Shown in pieces: positions 1 to 10,075 of a DNA stretch of 64,000 nt. The stretch spans positions 108,190,001 to 108,254,000 of the forward strand of contig OZ024740.1 of assembly GCA_964016885.1 (NCBI GenBank). Direction: 5' to 3'. This stretch comes from Eledone cirrhosa (taxonomy: Eukaryota). The translations under genes were made by a program, and so were the position numbers. Position 1 is the first letter of the stretch. Each line of letters starts with the position of its first letter. The notes below the pieces were generated by a model. The model saw only the letters and a list, made by a program, of their open reading frames with translations, made no database searches and was not told the origin of the DNA.

Positions 1-1518
1 AGGATAAAATCTAACTGACTAGAGTGCTCCCCTGATCTATAGGTGATCAGGTGGTTGTCGGGTTTTTTAAAGTTTGTGTTACATATCGACATGTCATTGG
101 CGTCGCAGAATTCTAGAAGTCTGAATCCTTCCTCATTCCAACTCCATGGCCTCCATGTACTCTATTGAAGCCGTCGCAGTGTTTACCTACGTGTCCATTA
201 AAATTTCCTGCAATGATTAGGAAGTCCTTGTCGTTTGTTAGAGCAGTAGTGTGTATTAGGGACTCGCAAAACCTATCCTTAAGTTCGTCTGGCAGCCCCG
301 ATTGGGGTGCGTAAGCTGATATTATAGTGGTAATTGTCTTATTCAGGACTAGTCTGAGTTTAATGATTCTTGCATTTACCCTGTACACTGAGATTACTTT
401 ATCTACCCACTTGTCAGCTAATAGTATACCTACACCACCCATCCCATCGTCATTTCCCACCCAGAAAAATTTGTAGCACTGGCTTTTTCCTACAAGGACT
501 CTAGCAGACCCTCCTCTCCATCTAGTCTCTTGCACACAGCATACATCAACTTCCTTTCGCTCTAGCATTTCTACGATTTCTCCTGCTCTTCCTTTCATTG
601 AGCCTACATTGATGGTACCAACTCGGAGTTTTGGGCATTTGTCGACACTCGTAGGGGAGGGTCTCTGGGTTGGCGCTTCACGTGGGTGCTTGGTAGCTCG
701 CAGATTCATATTTCATCTATTGATTCAGAGTTGCTCAAATGTATTCTCAGCTCATCCATCCATAACGGTGGGAAAATTGAGGGCTAGAAGAACAGTGGTG
801 GGGGGGTAATGGCAGGGTGTGTTGGGATGCGCCAGAGGAGGAGAGAGTTAGTTAGGCAGGTAGTAGCAGCAGCAGTGGAAATGGCATGCTAGGTTTGATT
901 GGTCGAATAGACTATGGTGGTGTGTGGGGGTGGGGGGAGGGAACCTGTGAGGTAGGAACTGAGGGTCGCATGGTAAATAACTGAGAGAGATACAATAGAA
1001 TTAGAATACCGCATGGTAAATATCCAAGTTAATACTACATCAGTAAAATTAACAATAATAACGTCATGAAAACTACTAAGAAAAACCCTCGAAAATTTAT
1101 CGCTAATACAGCAGGGAACATCATTAATATTAACAACAATATGTAGGCTAAAATACCTTCGGAGATTAGTAAGGATGGATGGATGGCTGGAACAATTGGA
1201 ATCAACTCTAGTGATACATTTTAGCAGAGAAGAATGGGAAAGTGTCTTATCTCTTCAATATTTTCAGTTTGAATGAATTAGGTTGAATAGGTTAAAGACA
1301 GGGTAGTAAACCTTAAAGAGATGCATAGAGAGGGGGGGGGGGTAGGAACTGAGGGTCGCATGGTAAATAACTGAGAGAGATACAATAGAATTAGAATACC
1401 GCATGGTAGATATCCAAGTTAATACTACATCAGTAAAATTAACAATAATAACGTCATGAAAACTACTAAGAAAAACCCTCTAAAATTTATCGCTAATACA
1501 GCAGGGAACATCATTAAT
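1..1518 (-). mobile_element. RTE-clade LINE 5' part (5' UTR plus APE endonuclease), running off the left edge
   Basis: ORF 113-709 has APE motifs GTINVGSM, VCCVQETRW, GVGI, IISAYAPQ and IAGNFNGHVG. It frameshifts near 113. Confidence 0.9.
951..1518. repeat. 178-bp direct repeat (951-1128 and 1341-1518) in the RTE 5' region
   Basis: Two near-identical copies running GGTAGGAACTGAGGG...CATCATTAAT. Confidence 0.92.
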
Positions 1519-1540
1519 TCCCACTGTTCCTCTACCTTGT

Positions 1541-1576
<36 letters not shown>

Positions 1577-1677
1577 ATATATATGATATATATAATATAT
1601 ATATATATATATATAATATATATATATATATGATATATATAATATATATATAAATATTATGTATATTATGTATATAT

Positions 1678-1708
<31 letters not shown>

Positions 1709-1794
1709 TATGTATATATATATATAATATATATATATATATTATGTATATATATATATATATATATCATATATATTATATATATATATATATA

Positions 1795-2086
1795 TGTAAA
1801 GTTATGTTGGTGCCGCGCCATAGGCCGAAACAAATGAGATCGTGTAGGTGTCACGACAAAAAAACACACAGTCCACGCTGTAATGTGGCCGTGTAGGCAA
1901 CACGCTAAAAACCTCACAGACCCACACTGTAAATGTGGTTGGTGTTAGGAAGGGCATCCAACTGTAGAAAACCTGCCAGACAGTCCTATGCGAGCAAGAC
2001 AATCACTCTTGCCTCAAGTGGGACTACCCCCGTCCAAACCCATGCAAGCGTGGAACACGGACGTTAAACGTTGATGATGATGATGA
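1795..2086 (+). mobile_element. Solo RTE 3' UTR with (GAT)n tail
   Basis: Matches 6165-6570 and 20350-20760. Confidence 0.88.
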
Positions 2087-2104
2087 TATAATATATATAT
2101 ATCA

Positions 2105-2158
<54 letters not shown>

Positions 2159-2273
2159 ATATATATATATATATATAATATATATAATATATATATATCA
2201 TATATATTATATATATATATATATCATATATATATATATATATAATATATATTATATATATATATATATATAT

Positions 2274-2305
<32 letters not shown>

Positions 2306-2323
2306 CATATATATATATATATA

Positions 2324-2420
<97 letters not shown>

Positions 2421-2641
2421 ATATATATATATAATATATATATATATATAATATATATATATATATATCTATATATATCATATGGCTGAGGCCATGCTGG
2501 CGGTGCCCCAGCATGGCCTCAGCCGGATGGCTGAAACAGGTAAAAGAGTAAAAGAGAATATATATATATACATAATATATATATATATATTATATATATA
2601 TACATAATATATATATATATTATATGTATATATATATATAT

Positions 2642-2719
<78 letters not shown>

Positions 2720-2760
2720 ATATATATATATATATTATATATATATACATAATATATATA

Positions 2761-2807
<47 letters not shown>

Positions 2808-2904
2808 ATATATATTATATATATATAATATATATATATATATATAATATATTATGATATATATATATACATAATAGATTATGATATAATCTATCATCAT
2901 TATG

Positions 2905-3793
2905 ATAGATTACTAAATGAGGAGAATGCATGGGAAGAAGAGACCCTACCCCACGTAGACCCTATAGAGGGACCAGCAGTACAAGTCAGCGGCAGCGTAG
3001 TAAGTAAGGCAATCAGAGATATGAAGATAGGGAAGGCAACCGGTCCATCGGGTATAGCTGCCGAGATGCTGAAGGCATCTGGGTCTGTAGGTCACACTAT
3101 AACCACACGTATCGTTAACCAGGTAATACTAGAGGGGGCCATACCAAAAGATTGGTGCAGTAGCATCATTGTCAACTGCTACAAAGGTAAAGGCGATGCA
3201 CTAGATAGAGGAAACTATAGAGGTATAAAGTTGATGGACCAGGTCATGAAAGTAACAGAAAGAGTTATAGCACAGCTGATTAGGGACCGGGTGATGCGTA
3301 TGAAGGATGACAGCTGCATAAAAAGGTGCAGAGCACTAGAAGTTGATGGAAACCGCGGAGTGGGGAGACCCAAGATGACTTGGGATGAGGTGATAAAAGC
3401 CGACCTTACCCAACTACACCTCTCAAAGTCAATGACACACGACCGGGACTTCTGGCGTCACGCAGTAATACAGGGTACCCGACCTCCCATGGGTACATGC
3501 TGAAGCATATAAACAATATGCCCCCACTCCCCCCACCGCAAGGTGGAGGTGCCACGGCAAAAAAGCACCCAGCCCACACTGTAAAGTGGACGTGTAGGCG
3601 CCACGAAAAAGCACCCAGCACTCACTGTAAATGAGGTTGGTGTTAGGAAGGGCATCCAGCTGTAGAAATCAAGCCAGATCAGTTCCTGTATGAGCAAGGC
3701 ATGGTCAGCCGACCAGACACTGCCCACAACAGGACAACCCGTCTAACCCCTGCTAGCGTGGAAGAACGGACGTAAAACGGTGATGATGATGAT
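2905..3793 (+). mobile_element. Internally deleted RTE LINE (second subfamily)
   Basis: ORF 3021-3503 joins the RT N-terminal region (NYRGIKLMD...LIRDR) directly to the C-terminal VMRMKDDSC...GRPKMTW. The 3' UTR matches 28713-29000 and ends in a (GAT)n tail. Confidence 0.88.
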
Positions 3794-3909
3794 ATATATA
3801 TATTATATAAATATATACATAATATATATATATATATTATATATATATATATATTATATATATCATATATATATATATATATTATATATATATATATTAT
3901 ATATATATG

Positions 3910-6570
3910 TACAAGGTAGAGGAACAGTGGGAATTCCTAAAAGCAAACCTTCTGACGGCGGCAGACGAGGTCTGTGCTGGAGCAGGCCTGTAGGTAGGAG
4001 GAGAGTAACATGGTGGTGGAACAGTAAGGTGGAGGGGTCAATTAAGGCCAAAAAGCTGGCTTGGTAAGTATGGCGGGATGGGGGAAGCAGAGAAGACTAT
4101 CAAGTGGCCAGGAGGGAAGCTAGGAGACAAGTGTACTTCGCAAGAAGGGAAGCAGAGGAAAGAAAGTTCAAGCATGTTCTACAACGTGAGGACCAAAAAC
4201 GTGAGGTGTTCAGGATTGCTAGGCAATGTGTCAAGGAAAACAGTGATATTGTCGGGGAGAAGTGTGTACTTAACGATGATGGCGTACTTGCCATCACCGA
4301 CGCCGATAAGAATGTAGCTTGGAAGTGTCACTATGAAAGGCTACTAAATGAGGAGAATAAATGGGAGAAAGACAGTCTCCCCCACATCGACCCAATAGAG
4401 GGACCAGCAGTGTTAGTCAAGGGTAGTATAATAAGTAAGGCAATCAAAGATATGAAGACGGGTAAGGCGGCTGGGCCTTCGGAAATAGTTGCCGAGATGC
4501 TGAAGGCATCTGGTACGGTGGGACACACCATGGTCACCCGGATAGTCAACCAAGTCATACAGAATGGGGTTGTTCCGAAGGACTGGCGTAGCAGCATCAT
4601 CGTTAACTGTTATAAGGGTAAAGGAGATGCCCTAGATAGGAGTAACTATAGTGGCATCAAATTAATCGACCAGGTCATGAAGGTCACGGAGAAAGTAATA
4701 GCGCAACTAATCAGAGAGCGAATTGATCTAGATGAAATGCAGTTCGGGTTTGTGTCAGGAAAAAGTACCACAGACGCTCTTTTCATTGTACAACAACTAC
4801 AGGAGAAGTACCTAGCTAAAAGTAAACCCCTATACTTAGCTTTCGTCGACTTGGAGAAAGCCTTCGACAGAGTCCCCCGTTCCATTATCTGGTGGGCTCT
4901 TAGAAAACTAGGTGTTGATGAATGGCTTGTGAGAGCTATACAAGCCATGTATAAAGAAACAGTCAGCAAGGTTAGAATTAACAACGAATATAGTGAAGAG
5001 TTTAGTGTAAAAGTTGGTGTTCATCAGGGCTCTGTTCTTAGCCCCCTACTATTTATTATTGCCCTCCAGGCTATAACAGTGGAGTTCAAGACCGGCTGCC
5101 CATGGGAACTCCTATACGCAGATGATCTAACGCTCGTAGCTGAATCAATGGCCGAGCTAGAGAAGAAATTCCAAACATGGAAGCGCGGCCTAGAATCAAA
5201 AGGCCTTAAAATTAACCTGGTTAAGACTAAAGTTCTAGTTTGTAAGAAAGAAAATAAGACGGCGGTGCCCTCCGGGAAGTGGCCATGCTCAGAGTGTAGG
5301 AAAGGCGTAGGTAGAAACTCCATTTTGTGTCCCAAATGCAAAGTTTCGGTGCATAAAAGATGTAGTGGGATCACAGGTAAGCTAACTAAGAACATAGATT
5401 TTACATGTGGCCGGTGTTCTGGGGCAATAAGTAGCAGCAAGTGCCTACAAAATACTAACTCTTTCAAATGCGCAGAGGGTTCTATAGAAATAGTGGACAG
5501 CTTCCGTTACCTGGGTGACAAAATCAGCAGTGGGGGAGGGTGCTCTGAAAGTACAGTAGCTAGAGTCAGAACTGGATGGAAAAAGTTCAGAGAGCTTATA
5601 CCACTATTAGCCGCTAAAGGGTTCTCCCTGAAAATGAAAGGCAGGTTGTACGATGCCTAGATACGAACAGCAATGTTGCATGGCAGTGAGACCTGGGCAT
5701 TGTGTGCAGAGGATATACGCAGACTAGAGAGAAACGAAGCTTGCATGCTCCACTGGATGTGTAATAGTAATATACGTGAACGACAAAGCATAAACGAACT
5801 AAGGATAAAATTAGAAATAAGAGGGATCAAATGTTGTTTACTCGAGAGAAGGCTACGTTGGTATGGTCACGTGATGCGTATGAAAGACGACAGCTGTATA
5901 GCAAAGTGCAGGGCAATAAAGATAGACGGTAGCCACGGCGTAGGCAGACCCAGAAAAACCTGGGACGACCTGATACATTCCGACCTCACACAACTTACAC
6001 CTCTCCAAGACAATGTCACTGGACCAAGACCATTGGCGGTACTCAGTAATAGAGAAGACCCGCCTTACCTAAATACAAAGTAAAACGTACTACAGTCAGT
6101 AGGCATCTCTAACAAAATACACCCCCGTCCCACCACCCACACCCCATCCACACCGCCCCTTTCAATGTAAAGTTATGTTCGTGCCACAAAATCCAGGCCG
6201 AAACAAATGAGATCGTGTTGGTGTCACGACAAAAAAACACAGTCCACGCTGTAATGTGACCGCGTAGGCAACACGGTAAAAACCTCCCAGTCCCACACTG
6301 TAAATGTGGTTGGTGTTAGGAAGGGCATCCAGCTGTAGAAAACCCACCAGACAGTCCACGCTGTAATGTAGCCGTGTAGGCAACACGGTAAAAACCTCCC
6401 AGCCCCACACTGTAAATGTGGTTGGTGTTAGGAAGGGTATCCAACTGTAGAAAACTCGCCAGACAGTCCTATGCGAGCAAGACAACCACTCTTACCTCAA
6501 GTGGGAAAACTCCCGTCCAAACCCATGCAAGCGTGGAACATGGACATTAAACGATGATGATGATGATGAT
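3910..6570 (+). mobile_element. RTE-clade LINE, 3' 2.7 kb (RT, PHD-like finger, 3' UTR, (GAT)n), with a premature stop
   Basis: ORF 4104-5660 has QFGF, AFVDLEKAFDRV, GVHQGSVLSPLLF, LYADD and FRYLG. TAG at 5658-5660 corresponds to TGC in the copy at about 19845. Confidence 0.95.
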
Positions 6571-7830
6571 TCATGAATGGGACATAGATATATAATATGA
6601 GAAATTAAACACTGATCAATAATGACTATATGTTTAGTTTAGAAACTTGAGATCAATATATCAAAATCTGAGTTCAAAGTGTACCCTTGCTATAGAGATC
6701 AGTATTTTATGCAAAGACATACAAATATATATGTATATATATATACATATAGATACGCACGTCCTGAAAATAGAAATTATGTCTACTCAAGCCAACAATA
6801 TAGCCATACAAAACGTAAATGATTTCTCTTAATCACTGCTATACATTCTTTGTGTTATAAAAATTTCACAGTATATACATACAAATATATACGATCAACA
6901 TTTATGTCCTCATATATACAATTACCATTCATGTGTTTAATATTATGCATATCTGCAACATACCTCCCAACCACATAGATATATACACATACATATGTAT
7001 AAATAAATATTTGCGTGCGTCGTCACGCATCACTCATGTATATATACAGACATATATAGACATAAAAAAAATCTATAACACTTTTTATGCATGTTAATAT
7101 ATACATATGCGTTTGCATAGTGATAATCAAATATCAATATTTCACTAAGGGTACATTTTGAACTCAGATTTTGATATATTGATCTCAAGTTTCTAAACTA
7201 AACATAGTCATTATTGATCAATGTTTAATTTCTCATATTATATATATATGTCCCATTCATGAATATTGATACTTATATTTTTATTATTCATTTCATATAA
7301 ATTGTTAACTCAACTTAATATGACATGACGTAAAGTTTTCATTGCACCCCCTCTCTCTATATAGTGTTTTTCTCTCTGTATGATGACTTGATATCTCTCT
7401 GTTGCTTTCCTTTGTTTTTCTTATTTCTTCCTTTTCTTTCTTTTTTCTTTTTATTTTTATTTCCCTCTTTCTTTTCTTTTCTCCATACATTTCTCTCTCT
7501 CTCCGATACTTCTCCAGGTTTTCTTTCTATCTTTCTCTCTCTCCGTCTTTGTTCTTTTCTCTCTCTCCGTCTTTTTTCTTTTTCTTTTTCTCCGTCTTTT
7601 TCTAATTGTGCTTAACACTATGACTTATTAAAACAATATAAACAATTCACTATCCAGACAGCCTCCGAAAGTAATGGTTGTATTTTAAAGGGTACGTCAA
7701 AGCTATTTGTAAAACTGTTAAATATTGTATTTTGTCTGATGAAGGCATACCATAATTTAATATGGTATCCCTGAAATATGTATAATGAAATAAATATGGT
7801 TTTATAAATATAGTTTCCATTTATTAATAT
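6569..7830 (+). mobile_element. Probable Penelope-like element remnant with a 5' inverted repeat and a 3' hammerhead motif
   Basis: Inverted repeat 6569-6688/7147-7264 and hammerhead at 7722-7797. No ORF, so the PLE assignment is an inference. Confidence 0.5.
7722..7797 (+). ncRNA. Type I hammerhead ribozyme motif
   Basis: Stem I ATATTGTATTTTGT/ATGAAATAAATAT, CTGATGA 7736-7742, stem II AGGCATACCATA/TATGGTATCCCT, GAAA 7773-7776, short stem III ATATGTAT, AUA cleavage triplet 7782-7784. Confidence 0.75.
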
Positions 7831-7857
7831 CGTATATATATATATTATATATATTAT

Positions 7858-8194
7858 TGGAGGCACATGGCTTAGTGGTTAGAGCATTGGCCTTGCAATC
7901 GAAAGGTTGTGAGTTCAATTCTCAGACCGGGTGATGTGTTGTTTCCTTGAGCAAGACACTTTATTTCACATTGCTCCAGTTTACTCAGCTGTAGAAATGA
8001 GATGATAGGGACTGGAGTCCATATCATTCCACTGCAAAGTGGTCGTGGAGGTGCCACGGCAAAAAAGCACCCAGCACTCACTGTAAATGAGGTTGGTGTT
8101 AGGAAGGGCATCCATCTGTAGAAATCAAGCCAGCATCAGTTCCCGTCCCACCCTTGCAAGCAGGGAAAAAGCGGACGTAAAATGAAATGATGAT
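7858..8194 (+). mobile_element. tRNA-derived CORE-type SINE with RTE 3' tail
   Basis: A box TGGCTTAGTGG, B box GAGTTCAATTC, CORE-like CCTTGAGCAAGACACTT...CAGCTGTAGAAATG, and a tail shared with the RTE at about 3545-3685. Confidence 0.88.
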
Positions 8195-8211
8195 TATATA
8201 TATATATATAT

Positions 8212-8290
<79 letters not shown>

Positions 8291-8367
8291 ACGAAGGAAA
8301 TGTGGTAAGGAACCAGGTGGACCATAACGCACCAAAGTACTCAATACTTAGGGTAGTAGAGTGGGTA

Positions 8368-8897
8368 ATAGAAACTAGTAGGACCCCGACGGCTGAGCTC
8401 AAGCCGTCTCAACGGCTAATTCTGGACTAAATGAAAATTTTTATCCTGGTATATGAATAGCTGAGCTTCTCAGGGGGTAATTCCATATATGGTAAAAGCT
8501 TGTTTTTTAACATTCTAGGTATTTTTCTATATATTTACCCCATATTGTTTTACTTATTGTTTCGACTTCCTCCCTCTCCCCCTCCCTAGTATACTTCTTT
8601 GACCTCCTGCCCAGCTGTAGTTGGCACTATCAACGCATGACTGGGTTTCCTCCACCCCCTCTCCCTCTTCTACTGGCAGGTTCTGCTATCCCTTCTCTCC
8701 ACAAATTGCCATGATAGAATTATGTGTCTCAACAACAAACTTTTGACCAAGCCTTGTGACATTCACTTTTACCATATATGGAATTACCCCCTGAGAAGCT
8801 CGGCTATTCATATACCAGGATAAAAATATTCATTTAGTCCAGAATTAGCCGTCGAAACGGCTTGAGCTCAGCCGTCGGGGTCCTACTCGTTCCTATA
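8368..8897. mobile_element. Inverted-repeat element (8368-8498/8766-8897) whose arms are hammerhead-like; probably Penelope-like
   Basis: Arms of about 130 bp are reverse complements with few mismatches. Each arm contains a CTGAGAA...GAAA (or GAGA)...GTC fold. Confidence 0.65.
8786..8881 (+). ncRNA. Hammerhead-like motif with a variant core (CUGAGAA)
   Basis: Stem I ACCCC/GGGGT, CTGAGAA 8791-8797, stem II CGGCTATTC/GAATTAGCCG, GAAA 8854-8857, stem III ACGGCT/AGCCGT, GUC site 8874-8876. Confidence 0.6.
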
Positions 8898-8898
8898 T

Positions 8899-9227
8899 TC
8901 ATCATTTCATTTTACGTCCACTTTTCCCTGCTTGCAAGGGTGAGACGGGAACTGATTCTGGCTTGATTTCTACAGCTGGATGCCCTTCCTAACACCAACC
9001 TCATTTACAGTGAGTGCTGGGTGCTTTTTTGCCATGGCACCTCCACGACCACTTTGCAGTGGAATGATAGAGACCCCAGTCCCTATCATCTCATTTCTAC
9101 AGCTGAGTAAACTGAAGCAATGTGAAATAAAGTCTCTTGCTCAAGGAAACAACACATCACCCGGTCTGAGAATTGAACTCACAACCTTTCGATTGCAAGG
9201 CCAAGACCACTAAGCCATATGCCTCCA
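8899..9227 (-). mobile_element. CORE-type SINE copy
   Basis: Reverse complement of 7858-8194 at high identity. Confidence 0.9.
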
Positions 9228-9317
9228 TATATTATATATATATATGAATTTTTTGAAATTTATTTTGAAACCTTTTCTTATTTGCCTCCCACATTATATA
9301 TATATATATATAATGTG

Positions 9318-9668
9318 GGAGGCACATGGCTTAGTGGTTAGAGCATTGGCCTTGCAATCGAAAGGTTGTGAGTTCAATTCTCAGACCAGGTGATGTGTTG
9401 TTTCCTTGAGCAAGACATTTTATTTCACATTGCTCCAGTTTTTCAGCTGTAGAAATGAGATGATAGGGACTGGGGTCCATATCATTCCACTACAAAGTAG
9501 TCGTGGAGGTGCCACGGCAAAAAAAAGCACCCAGCACTCACTGTAAATGAGGTTGGTGTTAGGAAGGGCATCCAGCTGTAGAAATCAAGCCAGAATCAGT
9601 TCCCGTCTCACCCTTGCAAGCAGGGAAAAAGTGGACGTAAAATGAAATGATGAATGATGATGATGATA
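9318..9668 (+). mobile_element. CORE-type SINE copy
   Basis: Same family as 7858-8194. Confidence 0.9.
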
Positions 9669-9674
9669 TATATA

Positions 9675-10021
9675 TCATCATCATCATCATCATTTCATTT
9701 TACGTCCTTTTTTCCCTGCTTGCAAGGGTGGGACGGGAACTGATTCTGGCTTGATTTCTACAGCTGGATGCCCTTCCTAACACCAACCTCATTTACAGTG
9801 AGTGCTGGGTGCTTTTTTGCCGTGGCACCTCCACGACCACTTTACAGTGGAATGATAGGGACCCCAGTCCCATTCATCTCATTTCTACAGCTGAGTAAAC
9901 TGGAGCAATGTGAAATAAAGTGTCTTGCTCAAGGAAACAACACATCACCCGGTCTGAGAATTGAACTCACAACCTTTCGATTGCAAGGCCAATGCTCTAA
10001 CCACTAAGCCATGTGCCTCCC
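9675..10021 (-). mobile_element. CORE-type SINE copy, tail-to-tail with the previous copy
   Basis: Same family, reverse orientation. Confidence 0.9.
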
Positions 10022-10075
10022 ACATTATATATATATATGTGTATATATATATACACATACACACACACACACGTA

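Larger units (their letters stand above)
1542..3909. repeat. Interrupted (TA)n microsatellite block with nested TE fragments
   Basis: Long imperfect TA runs at 1542-1795, 2087-2480, 2557-2875 and 3794-3908. Confidence 0.95.

Noticed and set aside
951-1518. LTR pair or HDV-like ribozyme in the RTE 5' region
   Set aside because: There are no TG...CA ends, PBS or PPT, and I could not fold an HDV-like double pseudoknot by eye.
1708-2750. I/Y-rich ORFs
   Set aside because: They are translations of (TA)n microsatellites.
5658-5660. Programmed readthrough of TAG in the RTE ORF
   Set aside because: Sister copies have a Cys codon here, so it is a copy-specific mutation.
7305-7615. K/E-rich and F/S-rich ORFs
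   Set aside because: Low-complexity CT-rich tract with no splice or homology support.
7858-7930. tRNA-like sequence with A and B boxes
   Set aside because: It is a SINE head continuing into the CORE and RTE tail, with no complete cloverleaf.
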